Under the pieces are notes generated by a model. It was not told where the DNA came from. It searched no databases and worked only from the letters and a program-made list of their open reading frames with translations. From positions 1,179,459 through 1,243,458 of the forward strand of contig RDEW01000003.1 of the NCBI GenBank assembly GCA_011109175.1: 64,000 bases of DNA. Reading direction: 5' to 3'. Positions 37,262 through 50,261 of this stretch are shown piece after piece. Source of the DNA: Dicyema japonicum (taxonomy: Eukaryota; Animalia; Dicyemida). Within the stretch, counting starts at the first letter, position 1. Every line of letters starts with the position of its first letter. A program made the position numbers and the translations under genes.

Positions 37262-37328
37262 TCCGCGTTGGTGGTAAAGATTTCGGATTTTCATTTCGAA
37301 GACCCGGGTTCGATGTCCGGACGCAGAA
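37262..37328 (+). pseudogene. tRNA-Glu(TTC)-like pseudogene, D-arm deletion
   Basis: TCCGCGT..TGGTAAAGAT..TTTTCA..GACCCGGGTTCGATGTCCGG ACGCAGAA followed by a T-run. Confidence 0.6.
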
Positions 37329-37683
37329 TTTTTTGGGTCCGGATTGCTTTTTCGAGATCCTCTGTTACCTATTTGGAGAAAGTCTCAATATGGAATATGT
37401 ACCTTAAGTTTGGTAGGATTCCGTTATTCGGGTGATCCCAAAACCAGGAAATTCGAGGACGGATCAGACATCTCGAAAAGTCCGGTAGTTTCGGAGGGAA
37501 CGCGGATTTTTGGAGGAAATTCTCTGGTGGTGTAAATCCCGTGTTTTAAGTCTCTCAATATAAAAGTCAAAAGCCATGAGAATTTCACATTATAGAAAGT
37601 TTTTTTTAATTTCCTGCAACAAACGATCAGAGGGTTTGAAGGTAGTGTAGAAAATGATAAGTGAAGAACATCACTTTAAAAAA

Positions 37684-37754
37684 TCTGAGTTAGTCTAATG
37701 GTAAAGATTTCGGGTTTTCATTTCCAAGACCGAGTTCGATTCCCGGACGTGGAA
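37684..37754 (+). pseudogene. tRNA-Glu(TTC)-like pseudogene, second copy
   Basis: TAGTCTAATGGTAAAGAT..GGGTTTTCA..GAGTTCGATTCCCGG ACGTGGAA followed by a T-run; mismatched stems. Confidence 0.6.
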
Positions 37755-37804
37755 TTTTTTTAACTAGAAATTTATTTAAGCCTATCATGATCATTGGTCT
37801 ATTA

Positions 37805-38788
37805 CAGAGGTTGTTAAACGGTGTGCCGCCTGCCAAATACAAATTTGAATAAATTTATATACATTTTTTGACCTAATTAATTTAAAAAGATAAACAAATT
37901 AAAATAATTACTAAAATTAAAATAATTATTTTTTTATATTAAATGACATTTACATTGGTTAACCATTATTTATTAATTTTTTAATAACGTGCGCATCAAC
38001 GTGCTTAAACAACTAAAACCTCACACTATTGGCGAAAACTTGATAATCCCTGTTTGTTTTATTATTGCTCGGACTATGTTTGGTCATAAATATGAACAAA
38101 AAATAATGAAGATACCTTTGTCACATAACACTGTTTCTCGTCGGATTTGTGCTTTGTCGGAGAATATTGAAAATAATGTCTCATTTTCTATTAAAGAAAC
38201 TCGGTTTTCATTACAACTTGATTTTCCAGACTTAAAAATTGAAAAATTCGATTAGGTTATTATTTTTTAATATTTTTTCGATACGAAATCCTTTTCTTGT
38301 GTCAGAATCAAAACACTTATCTGTTAAAGAAAATGAAGAACTTATTGCACTGTTTAATGATCGATCCTTAAAATTAATGATGACGGAGTTAAACATTGGA
38401 GAATTCTGGATATATATTCGAAACATATATCCCAGTTTATCAAAACAAACACTGACCATAATTTTACAGTTTTCTACGACCTATTTATGCGAAACAGGTT
38501 TTTCTACGCTGCATAATATGAAATATAACAAACGTGAAAGTTTGAGAAACATTGATGCTGAAATGCGGGTGGCTTTGTCAACCATTCGACCTGATATTGA
38601 TGATATATGCAAAAACAATAATAATTAAGATTTCATTTTTTTATTAATAAAAATTTGGGCATTAAATTACCAATTTTAGTACTTAGTTTTACACATCTTA
38701 AAAATTTAATTTTTTATTTTTTAATGTGTGCCGTGGATTCTTTTTTTACGATTAGTGTGCCGCGAGAATTATTTTTTGAAAAGCTCTG
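37805..38788 (+). mobile_element. Internally deleted Buster-type hAT transposon
   Basis: CAGAG..CTCTG termini; exact TSD GTCTATTA (nnnTAnnn) at 37797-37804 and 38789-38796; transposase pieces KPHTIGENLIIP..IPLSHNTVSRRI..FSLQLD and IRNPF..FW..TTYLCETGFS..EMRVALS. Confidence 0.92.
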
Positions 38789-38889
38789 GTCTATTACGTT
38801 ATGGAATCACGTGAATGGTATAATGGAGGAGACAACTATTAGAAATAACCAAGTTCCGTGGTTCGATGTCATTAAATGAATATTTCTCT

Positions 38890-40050
38890 TATAAAGGTAC
38901 CAATGACGCTTGGAAATTGGATAATAATATGATTCCAGTCGTCTGGCGTTCTTGGCCCGAGCACGTCTGAGTTCATCAACTTAATCGGGCGGCTTGCAAG
39001 ATTGCGAAAAAAGCGTCTAGAATGACACGGTGGCTCTTCGATAACATTGGGCTCAATCATTATTCTTGTTCGTTATAATTCCAACCACAGACACTTTTCC
39101 TGATTGTAGCTCTCGTCATTAAGGAGAAATAAGCGTCCAAGGATAGATACAATGTTGGTGACGTATGCCGACAACCTTGGGACCACAAAACGAGGAGAAA
39201 AACACTTAAGAGGATCTTTTTGCATCATCACCATTAAAAAAAGTAAACCGAAATCAATCAACATCGGCAGACATGCATAGCCTTAGCATCTATAAATGAA
39301 AGCGGTGTGACTCAAAGCTCTTCTCTGCGTATTGTTCGAAAAACTCTTGGATAAGGAGTTACCGCAAATAGAAATCTGTCTACGGTTTTGACTCAATGTT
39401 TGTATGATCCTCAAGGGCAGATGGAGAAGATGGTGACATTAAAAGACTTCAGGTACTTTCCTGTCGACGAAGTGCCGGAAGGAGCAGGAGGTAGAGGGTC
39501 ATGAATGAAGTAACTATGGGAGGGCTCGAGACCGCTGGATATCCTATACAGCTGGAATCGATCGAGGCCACGAACAAAATACCATACGGAACGATTCTTG
39601 ACTGTCTTTTGAGTTAAGTGGGTTCAATAACGTCTTTGGGAATTGAAGAAGGCAAAAAGGAGAATGTAAATTCTTCGACGAACTAGGTTGCGGTATGAGA
39701 ATTGAACTGACATTTTAGTTAATATAGTTAAATGCGACGCAGGGGATATGACTAACCAATATGCAACCTGGTCGAATCAGTTTTTAGTCCTCGCATATTA
39801 GAAGAACGCAGATGATAGGTTGCATGGATCATGGGACTAACTCATTTAGTGCAATAGAGCTTCGTCATCAGATCAGCTGTTATACCAAATAACAGATTGG
39901 GTAACCAAGTGCTAATAATTTATATGGTAAGCGTCCAAACGGAAGACTTTCCTATTTGCCAATGGCCGAAACCTGGTTTGGGACACTACGTGTGTTGACA
40001 ATTAACTACGCGAGCCTGGATAGCTTCGATGGTGTATCACGATAGCTATT
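38890..40050 (+). mobile_element. Decayed CRE-like retrotransposon remnants
   Basis: SSGVLGP..; YADN at ~39165; GKRPNG..FANGRNLVWDTTCVD at ~39925-40000. Confidence 0.55.
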
Positions 40051-40350
40051 GTCAAAGGAAACGGTCTTGTTATGATCAACAACATAGACAGGAAGCTATA
40101 ATTCTATCTGTACTAGTCTCTTCGACCCTCTCCTGTTCGATGCCAGGCTCCGCAGACTACTGAGGTTTTCACCGTCCCTTATTGTTATGTTCACTGGTAT
40201 CAGGTCACCATTCAGAATTAAAATTAATTTTGTTTTTATAAATAAAAATATTATTCTAAACTAAAAAAAAATATTTTTAAATTAAATCAAATAAATAATT
40301 ATTTCCTAGAAACACTAAATTAAGTGAAAATTGTCCTTTCCTTATTTGAA

Positions 40351-41507
40351 ATGGAGGAGATGAGAAACGATACGCTTATCGTGGAGAACTTCATTTTTGA
40401 CGATCGCGTAACGCCACGTGAGATGGTACAGACCCGGCTAATCACTAGAGAAAAATAACAGGAATATATAATTTCAATGCAATCAGAAACTTAAAATTGA
40501 ACGTCGACTGCTCTGAAATAAATCTCAGCTGCTTTGAAGATATGTTCCCCAACCTTGAAGTCTTCGACGTCTCCGGCAGTGTTGTGCCTTCTTTGAGGTA
40601 AAATTCATATTTGATGCATCAGACAGATTGGACTCGATTTTGAGCCTCTCACGACCCTCATTCTTGCAAATTGCCAGCTTCGGGACTTACATGGACTGAT
40701 CGCCGTCCAGAATTTACACGTGCTTGAAGCCCCGAACAATTTTATCGTGGATACTTCACCAATCACTTTTCTGGAGAAAGTGAAAGTCGTAAACCTGGAA
40801 AAGCTCGAAAATTAATTAACGTTTAGCAACCTAATAACTTCGATTGTGCACGTGGAGTATTTGAAAATGTGCCGAAATTTGAAAACCCTAAAATTATCTG
40901 GGAATCCAGTTTACTCGGAAATACAAGAATTGGATAATAAGCAAAATTCTGCCACCAAATTAACGTTTTTAAGTAAATCTGGTAAATAAAAGTCAAAATT
41001 TAGAATTTCCAGAAGAACCGACAACTTCAAAGATACGGACCTCTTCAAGGAATTTATTAAAAGCTGAGAACGACAATATGACATACTTCAACATGAATGA
41101 CGACCAAAACAAAACTTGCACCACTAGGGAAAGGTTCGAAATTCAAAATTATTTATTTTTTAATTAATTTAAATATTGACATTAATTTATTATATTATAG
41201 TACAAATATTCAAAAATATGATTCTCAGTCTTCTCTATCAGATGAGAGCTCTGTAGATATTTCAATCAAACAAATTTCTACTAATAAAGGCCATATTGGT
41301 AACAGACCACGTTTGCTTAGCAGAAGAAAAATTTGTTCTCCAAATTATTCAGTAAAGAATGCAAGAAATTCAACGCAAGAAACAAATTCTTCAATCTCGT
41401 ATTATTTTTGACTTAATTTTAGTGAAGATCTTGCCGACTCGGCGATTTTGCCTTCTATCAGTAATGTCGGGCTTCCGAGAATTAACAAGAAAAAAGCTGG
41501 TAAATAG
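40351..41507 (+). CDS. LRRC56: Leucine-rich repeat protein LRRC56/ODA8-like (motile-cilia dynein arm assembly/transport)
   Basis: Spliced: VTPREMRKITG..LKLNVDCSEINLSCFEDMFPNLEVFDVSGS..SLRQIG..LTTLILANCQLRDLHGL..LHVLEAPNNFIVDTSPI..VNLENNLI..VEYLKMCRNLKTLKLSGNPV, colinear with the LRRC56 LRR region; introns of 23, 25, 24 (GC-AG), 22, ~68 and 24 nt. Confidence 0.8.
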
Positions 41508-41818
41508 TGAGTTTATATGTACGTAGTATGCAATAATAAATTATGACTAATTTTATGACTTTATAAAATAATATTTTAAATTTTTGTCTAAATTCCTATG
41601 AAATCGTAAAATATTGATATTTAAAAAATAGTTACTAAAAATTAATTTTTATTAGCCAAATAAATCATAACGGGGAAATCACGTGTGTTCGCTGTTAAGA
41701 TCCCTCTAAGAGAGATCAACAACAATGATGTATATTTTGTGTGTATCATCATGGATCCCCTTTGAAACTTAGCGTCGAGAGGAAAGAGTTCCTTTATCGG
41801 CATGGTCCCCTTTGAAAC
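41503..41818. repeat. Near-identical duplicate of 45963-46275, ending in the 45-bp minisatellite at a gap edge
   Basis: Direct sequence match (AAATAGTGAGTTTATATGT...ATGGTCCCCTTTGAAA). Confidence 0.85.
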
Positions 41819-42338
41819 NNNNNNNNNNNNNNNNNNNNNNNNNNNNNNNNNNNNNNNNNNNNNNNNNNNNNNNNNNNNNNNNNNNNNNNNNNNNNNNNNN
41901 NNNNNNNNNNNNNNNNNNNNNNNNNNNNNNNNNNNNNNNNNNNNNNNNNNNNNNNNNNNNNNNNNNNNNNNNNNNNNNNNNNNNNNNNNNNNNNNNNNNN
42001 NNNNNNNNNNNNNNNNNNNNNNNNNNNNNNNNNNNNNNNNNNNNNNNNNNNNNNNNNNNNNNNNNNNNNNNNNNNNNNNNNNNNNNNNNNNNNNNNNNNN
42101 NNNNNNNNNNNNNNNNNNNNNNNNNNNNNNNNNNNNNNNNNNNNNNNNNNNNNNNNNNNNNNNNNNNNNNNNNNNNNNNNNNNNNNNNNNNNNNNNNNNN
42201 NNNNNNNNNNNNNNNNNNNNNNNNNNNNNNNNNNNNNNNNNNNNNNNNNNNNNNNNNNNNNNNNNNNNNNNNNNNNNNNNNNNNNNNNNNNNNNNNNNNN
42301 NNNNNNNNNNNNNNNNNNNNNNNNNNNNNNNNNNNNNN
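41819..42338. other. Assembly gap (N run)
   Basis: Run of N. Confidence 1.
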
Positions 42339-43439
42339 CCTCCAATCCAGATTAAAACTGGACACACAAATGTTATGTACTTTTGCTAAATCGTAAAAAA
42401 CTGCAATATACATTTTTGACTTCAATAAAGTACAAATCAGTGAGTAAGGAAGGAACCAATGCAATGACTACAGTCGAACTCCACGTAGAAACTGTATGGC
42501 AAACGATGATACTAAGCAGGGGTTTTGAGGTGAGCGCTGCTTTTATTGGAAAATTCTAATAATCCGGACATTTTACTCGAATGTATGAGATCAACTTTCT
42601 TTCTACATTTTGAGTGATATATTGCTTCTCCTCTATGCCTGTCCACTTATTTTTCATCGGATCGTCCGTGTAAAAGAAATAAAATGAAATAACCCACAGC
42701 ATTCCTAACCCGCCTTGGTAATTATTCACACAAAACCAAACAAATAGAATGACACAGGCCACAAGCTCGGGTCTGCCGCTAAAGCTGATGGGATGCTCAT
42801 AGCTAGCATACTCCCAATATACGATCCTTGGAACATAACAGAGATATTAGAAACCCGGAAAACTCAATCCTATGGCAGAAGACCGACAGTTTTCGGGATA
42901 CCAGTTTGCCATAACAACGAGGGAACATGGTGGATAGATTCCCTTATAGGTTTGAATAAGCTTAAACCTGGAAGAGTCCGACCATTATTCTCATTCCAAC
43001 AGAAGCCCACCCAGAATGCCGAATTGCCAGAGGAGTGACGAGCGTGAACAGTGAAGAAAAAAATAGTGATATGGAGAGGATTATTTTTAATCCATATCTT
43101 TCCCCCAATGCTCCCCCAGGTACTTGTAACAAAAAATATCCGGCGTAAAACGACATGAGAGCAGTTGACTTTTCCAACTGCGACCAAGTAAATTTCTAAT
43201 TTTTTATTTGGAAGATATACATTTTTATCTGGGCCATTAATGCTCACAACTTCAGGGACGACGACATTAAAGTTAGTCCTCTGCATGTAGAGTACCCCCC
43301 AGCTTGTAAATATGTGCATCGCAATAATTATCCGCCCGACTATGGAAACTCCATCAAAAGTCGTTATTCTCTTCAAAATTGACACTTTTTTATAAAAATT
43401 AAATGCACCTCTTTTATCCCCTTCTGATTCTTTAGACAT
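42339..43439 (-). CDS. SLC17/sialin-like MFS anion transporter, copy 1 (3' end lost in gap)
   Basis: YMQRTNFNV..FTWSQLEKS..SFYAGY..QVPGG.LGERYG..RIMVGLFQGIYPP..WYPENCRS..GSYIGS..WPVSFYLFGGLG..EEKQYI after removing 23-28-nt introns. Confidence 0.85.
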
Positions 43440-44852
43440 TGTAGTTTTAACTTTACGTTATATTTATATTATTAATTGTTTTAATGTTCAGGAAATAAAA
43501 ATTAATGTCAAATGTTATTAAAAAATGATAAAAGTTAGGAAGCGTCAATGGCCGTGCTGTGTCCTCCCACGAGAGCTTTACGCTCTCGAAACCATCCAGT
43601 CTCACGTGGATCCTTGGTGATCCTTGGATCATTGAGCCGATCCTACGGACTAGATCGTCATTAATAGAAATTAATCAACATTAAAAAAAAAAATTAATTC
43701 ATAAATTTTTCGAATTTGTCGCAAGCCTCAAAAAACAATTAATACATTTTGAAAAATTAAATTAATGGCCACGTGGCGCCTTACAGTGCTATGCGGCAAA
43801 TTGACTAAAAATATCTTCCTTCCCTTTGATGGCGCCATTGGATCCACTATACTAAAGAGACGCCAATGCCTGTCCGGCATTCAAAGGGACCCATCACTTC
43901 GTTCCACCTTGAGACAAGTTCTGGGATCGACCTCAGCTCTCCAGACAGAATCTCTGAATTACGTTTCTTGAGTGAACATTTTTCAGGAACGCGTCAGGAT
44001 CAAGGAATTAGTTAGTTTGGTTTTACCCTTAGTTTTTTTGAAACAATTTTATTAAATCGCCTTAAAAAACTTACCCACCTATCATGGAAGTAAAACTCAG
44101 GATCTCTGCGCTAAAGAAGAATCGAATTATTGTGGAGGTTTGATGCAGGAATACAGTTTAAAGGATCTAATACAGTCCGCCCACCGATTGGGGCAGACCT
44201 AGGGGGTAAGCCATCATCAAATATTGAGTGAATAAAATAAAATCGAATAAAAATCATGAAGAAATTAGGGCATCATAAATCACAAGGCATCAAATTATAA
44301 AAAATAACGATTAATCCCCTCGCTGTNTGCAGGAATACAGTTTAAAGGATCTAATACAGTCCGCCCACCGATTGGGGCAGACCTAGAGGGCAAGCCACCA
44401 TCAAATATTGAGTGAATAAAATAAAATCGAATAAAAATCATGGAGATTTTAGGGCATCATAAATCACAGGGCATCAAATTATAAAAAATAACGATTAATC
44501 CCCTCACTGTGGAGACTTTGTGCCGCATTACGACCGTTTTTGTTTCGCCTAAAAACTTCATCGCATTTGATTTTTCTTCTGATAGCTTTAAACCTTAGAG
44601 ACCGCACCAGTTTCTTATCTCTTCCATGTATACATTTAGTCTCCTCTCCGAGGTCATACGTAGAACATTAGTACCTCATCTGGATTTTTCAGATATGTAG
44701 ACCGGCAATTGGGCATCAGCAAGTTAAACAGCATAGGACTCAAAATAGATCCTTGCTGGAATCCTTTCCTAATACATTAGAAAGGTCAGCTCCGTAATCT
44801 AATATTAGAGTTTCTTCATTTTGTTATATTTTTTTAATGGAAAACTATTTGT

Positions 44853-45780
44853 TTACAAAAAAGATATAAATAGGTTGAAGGGTCCTACGGCTCCCGACGT
44901 TTCTATAGTCACGGGTGTGAATCGGTGTTGGTCTCCAACAGCCGAGTACTTCTGGATTTTGGCCAATTCTGCTGCGTTGGCCGCAGATCCAGGTTTCTGA
45001 TCAGAAGTGGAGAAGATGTCCACACAGAATACATCCCAGACCAATGATTTTCCGTGTGAATATGGGAAAAGCGTCATTCTATCTGGCCTCTCGCCATCTC
45101 CACGATCCAATCCAACAGGTTCCAGTTGAGCTAGGAAGCCTCCTGCCTAAAAGGATCGCAGAATAAAATTATTCAATGCTGTGCGACGAGGTAAGAGATC
45201 TGCACTCCTTTTGTATGACAATGGATGTAAACCTTTGTAGTCAGCTGTTCCTCCATAACGGCATCTGTGTTTCTGATAGATGTCAAGTCCTAATCGTTCT
45301 GCTATTTAGATTCTCACACAATCGTCGTCCATTAGAGTTCCGAAAGAAACACACCACTCCCATGTTGTACACCAGATAGCTAGCAGGCATGCCGGTGTTG
45401 GTTCGACTCTTGTTTTAGGCTATCAGCGATAGCATTGCAGGAAGCTGCGTCCCATTTGTTCTGATTCAAGACATCATCTGGGATTAGAAATCCTGCTTAC
45501 TTCCACTGCAAGCAAGCTACGTCAAATTCTGTGTCCAAGGAAAGTCCAGTAGGGTGACGTAGGATTTCCCCGACGAGATAACTACAGCTCGAAAGCGACG
45601 ATAAGTAAGCCGGAAGGGTGATCTCTAAAGCCGATCTTAGGCCAACTCCTCCAAGACTTGAAGGAAGTTTGCATTGTGTCTAACCCAGTTCGTCAAAACG
45701 TAAATTCAGTAGTTACTCGACTGTTTGCCTTAACGTCTGATCCAGACTCAGTAGCAAATCTCGATGTCAATCCTTAACGT
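44853..45780 (-). mobile_element. CRE-clade retrotransposon 3' part
   Basis: ERPDRMTLFPYSHGKSLVWDV.CVD..AELAKIQKY..FTPVTIETSG; paralog at 56970-57847. Confidence 0.8.
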
Positions 45781-46204
45781 ATGTTCATCCGAATCCGAAT
45801 GTCAATCCTGAACAAGAAATTGAAAATATTCTTGAGTTCTCATTCTTTTTTTGCATGTGCTACTCCCCAGTCTAACGTTAAATTTCTAGTAAAACCTTCT
45901 GTTGTCTCCGTGTTAGAAATTTTTATTTGAGCAGATTTTGCACAAAAAAATTAGAAGTCCAGAAATAGTGAGTTTATATGTATGTAGTATGCAATAATAA
46001 ATTATGACTAATTTGATGACTTTATAAAATAATATTTTGAATTTTTTGTCTAAATTCCTATGAAATAGTAAAATATTGATATTTAAAAAATAGTTACTAA
46101 AAATTAATTTTTATTAGCTAAATAAATCATAACGGGGAAATCACTTGTGTTCGCTGTTAAGACCCCTCTAAGATCAACAACAATGATGTATATTTTGTGT
46201 GTAT

Positions 46205-46570
46205 CATCATGGATCCCCTTTGAAACCTAGCGTCGAGAGGAAAGAGTTCCTGTATCGTCATGGTCCCCTTTGAAATTTTACGTCGAGAAGAAAGAGTCCT
46301 GTAGAGTTCCTGTGTCGTTGTGGATCACTTTNAAAAGAGTTCCTTTATCGTCATGGTCCCCTTTGAAACCTAGCGTCAAGAAGAAAGAGTACCTGTATCG
46401 TCATGGTCCCCTTTGATCCTTGCGTCGAGAGGAAAGAGTTCCTGTATCGTCATGGTCCCCTTTGAAATTTTACGTCAAGAAGAAAGAGTCCTGTAGAGTT
46501 CCTGTGTCGTTGTGGATCACTTTTGAAATCTATCGTCGAGAAAAAAGAGTTCCTGTACTTTTGAAGTCCT
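46205..46570. repeat. ~45-bp tandem minisatellite
   Basis: Unit approximately GCGTCGAGAGGAAAGAGTTCCTGTATCGTCATGGTCCCCTTTGAAA repeated with variants; contains a single-N join. Confidence 0.85.
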
Positions 46571-47214
46571 CGATCTATCTATCTACTTGCTTTGAATATC
46601 TGAGCCAAAGAGCTTTCTTGTAAGCTTTTTGGAATACAGTTAGAAACTTTTTGTTTTCTATGGGCTTTCCAAGATAAATTTTTTAAAATTGTAAGGTGGG
46701 TTGTCGTTGAGAGATTCTTCTTGAATCNGAGTTCCTGTACCTTTGAAGTCCCCGATCTATCTATCAACTTGCTTTGAATATCTGAGCCAAAGAGCTTTCT
46801 TGTAGCTTTTTGGAATTCAGTTAGAAACTTTTTATTTTCTATGGGCTTTCCAAGGTAAATTTTTTAAAATTGTAAGGTGGGTTGTCGTTGAGAGATCCTT
46901 CTTGAATCAATGTTAAAAAGGGACAATTGGGATAAAGATAAGAACAAGACGATTTGATTCTTTGATCCAACCAACTTTGTGACACAAAAATAAAAAGATC
47001 AGTTACAATAAAAATATTTGAGCACGCAATGGGAGTTACCGGCGATGTTCTGGAAAAATTGTTTCGTTTCGAAAGAAGCTGAAAAGTTTGGCTACACTCA
47101 AAAGCCACGATGCATGTGAGACTCAGTGGCTTCTCCAGTTGATCTCCGTTGCAATCATGAAAAACAACACAACGTCGATTATGTCGGCAGGGACCAATTT
47201 CGATTAATATTTGA

Positions 47215-47575
47215 TCCAATCTTGAACCTGCAGGCTTCTAGGCAGTGCTGGAGCCCGTGGGATTGTACCGCGGAAACAGGAAAAGACCGGATGGGCTAAC
47301 AATTTTTCCGTTCACAAGAGAAAATCGCTAGTATTGGACTGCACTTGTGTGGATTCTTTCTCGAACTCGATGATGCTCATCTGGATCGGCAGATAATTTG
47401 GCTGAAAAAATCAAGATTGAAAAATATAGTAAAATTGGAGATCGCTTTTGTTTTGTACCGATGGCAATCGAAAAGTCTGGTACTGCGGGAAGTATCACAG
47501 CCTCTGTCCTGAGAGAAATCGGAGAGAAATTGGCCCATCGTAAGAAAGATGTGCGGGAAGCGGTCTGCAGTTGTC
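47215..47575 (+). mobile_element. CRE-clade 3' fragment
   Basis: LEPVGLYRGNRKRPDGLTIFPF..AEKIKIEKY..FVPMAIEKSG. Confidence 0.8.
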
Positions 47576-47904
47576 CGCGGAAGCGCTTACTCAGTAATGT
47601 CAGGAACCGCTCTTCCCCGTTGTTGTTAACATATAATATTTTATTGTTAAATAAAACGTGTTTATAAAAATATGTAAATCGCCATTTTAAAGTTAATAAT
47701 CAACACGTGCGATTAACACGTTTTGGTTATTAGAAACAAATAAATTAGCGTCTAAATATTATGCTTCTATTAATATAGATTACAACTAATTCCCTCGAAA
47801 TACAAGACTAATTAAATTCAAATCATATAACTTGTCAACAAAGCACCATAAGAAAATTGCATGAATTTAAAAAATCAAAAAAAATTATGGAAAAATTAAA
47901 TGAA

Positions 47905-48873
47905 TTAATTATTTATTTTATACATTTTCTTTACATCATCTTCCCATTCCTTTTCGTACAGTTTATAAATTTTCATGGCAACCGCCGCATCAGCGATCTA
48001 AATAATCTCCACTAACAAACCGAGTCATGTTCGTTCACCTGAATATTAATATGCAGAAAATAACGAGCCAAGTTCTTTAAAGACGGCCTTTTCCATTGAA
48101 AAATCTGCCTGAAGACGTCGTAATCGGAAGTATCCCTGACAAACTCATCAGAAAGGCGGATATTCAGCAACTAAAATAATTATTTCCGAATACCCCGAAG
48201 TCTTTCCTCAGATCATGCCCCACAATGATCCGATCCTTTAATATGGAATGAACATCTTCCACGACATCGGCGAACTCGTGGCCTAGACATGAAGTTATCT
48301 TACCACCATTCTCAAGGTCTTCTGCCCGTATGCCGGACACGTAGGTTCTGTAGTCAGTAACCTCCTCGGGGATATGGACATATCGATCAAAAATGCATTC
48401 CCCAAAATAGTTCACCATCGAGACACGTGCTATCACGTCCTCTTGTCCATGGTCACCAATGCCAACCATTTCACAATCCAGAGCAACCACTTTAGTGAGG
48501 GAATTTTTGACAGTCCGAATTTCTATTTTGTCGNTGGACATATCGATCAAAAATGCATTCCCCAAAATAGTTCACCATCGAGACACGTGCTATCACGTCC
48601 TCTTGTCCATGGTCACCAATGCCAACCATTTCACAATCCAGAGCAACCACTTTAGTGAGGGAATTTTTGACAGTCCGAATTTCAATTTTGTCGGGACTGT
48701 CGACTGGTTTGTTATTCAGTTTACTCTGATTCTTGGGACTTACAGCTCGTTGGGACTTGGGAAAAATATGCTAAAGAATAAGATTGATAGTTTACCTTCA
48801 TTATTTTGTTCCAGATTATGTGTAGACCATTGTTTTCTTTGATTTCAGTCTTATTTTCAGAATTCGAATTCAT
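47905..48873 (-). CDS. REXO4: RNA exonuclease 4 (DEDDh 3'-5' exonuclease)
   Basis: VVALDCEMVG..ARVSMVN..VTDYRT.VSGIR..IVGHDLRKDF..RDTS..PSLKNL..IQ..EHDS.ADA; 21-25-nt introns; internal and 5' duplications flank single Ns at 48534 and 48902 (assembly artefact; alternative ATG at 49057). Confidence 0.88.
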
Positions 48874-49899
48874 TAAAGTCGCTAACAGGCAAATAAATAA
48901 ANGTTTACTTTGATTCTTGGGATTTTCAGCTCGTTGGGACTTGGGAAAAATATGCTAAAGAATAAGATTGATAGTTTACTTTCATTATTTTGTTCCAGAT
49001 TATGTGTAGACCATTGTTTTCTTTGATTTCAGTTCTATTTTCAGAATTCGAATTCATTAAAGTCGCTAACAGGCAAATAAATTCAAGTTTTAAAAGATTT
49101 TTTAAGGGAAAATTTTATTATTATTTATTTTTTAAATAATTACATTTAAAAATAATAATTATCAATTTGTCATCGAAGGAAGTGGTATGCCACTAGAAAA
49201 AAATATTTCGTTTTTAGCAATAGGAGAAATATGTCAAAGTTCATGTTTTAGTTTGATCACAGAGTTTATGAGATCACAAGAAATCGATAAGGGATACTCA
49301 TTATTGCTAGCGACAATAATATTAATTATCGCTACACACGTGCATTGCTACGATCATAGTTTGAGAGATCTAAAATAAATTGGGAAACCATCTCTTGGCT
49401 ACTTATTGATTTCTTTACTAATAAATCCTAACTCTATACTGGCGGAAGGAAGAAACTGAATAAATACTTGGCCCTTTGAGGTCGTGTCCCCTTTGTACAT
49501 CAAATTCTGGATTGGGTGGGAGAGTGAGTAAAGGAGTCATCAACGAAATCGATAATATGATTGTTGCATGACTTAGAAATTATCGTTTGGTTTTCAGAGC
49601 TCCTGGGAGTGGTCATCGTCCGTCATAATGCTCACTGTCTCTTGGCAGTCGGAGCATAATCTGTTATAATATCTTTGCGTACGTTCCTATGCTCTAAATT
49701 GGNCGAAAATATGATTGCGGCATGACTTAGAAATTATCGTTTGGTTTTCACAGCTCCTGGGAGTGGTCATCGTCCGTCGTAATGCCACTGTCTCTTGGCA
49801 GTCGGAGCATAATTTGTTATAAGATCTTTGCGTACGTTCCTATGCTCTAAATTGGAAGACCCTACACAGTTATTCCTCCCAGGAATATAAAACCGAGGA

Positions 49900-50106
49900 A
49901 TGTTCTTCACTTCTACTTTTTGTTTCTTGTGAATCCTATTTTAGATGATCCGGTTCCGCAGTGATATGTTACTGATGACGACATCACTTGTCATGCCAAA
50001 GCATCGAAGATGTGTAGAACCTTCAGCCAGAATGAAAAGAGGCGAGATTCAACCTAGGGGCCATCAGCCCTCTTGCCCGGCACTCGTTGCACTGCATAAC
50101 CCGGCC
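49900..50106 (-). mobile_element. tRNA-derived SINE-like repeat, near full length
   Basis: Minus starts GGCCGGGTTATGCAGTGCAACG..GGTTGAATCTCGCC, then the shared body and A-rich tail. Confidence 0.7.
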
Positions 50107-50261
50107 ATGAAACAACAGCTATGCAAATTTTCAGAATACTAGAGTCTCTAGGTTGATCTATCGCAGAAAGCTAAGTGATAAGAAATTGGGGGGTGAATTC
50201 AAAATATATTTATTTAATGTCACTAAATAAGTTAAATATGATTAAATTCTACTTATAGTCG

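Noticed and set aside
46205-46570. CRISPR-like array
   Set aside because: The units are contiguous variants with no unique spacers, there are no cas genes, and the context is eukaryotic. It is a minisatellite.
44146-49860. Tandem duplications, including an apparent REXO4 exon duplication
   Set aside because: Each pair is centred on a single N (44327, 46332, 46728, 48534, 48902, 49703), the signature of unmerged overlapping contig ends or alleles.
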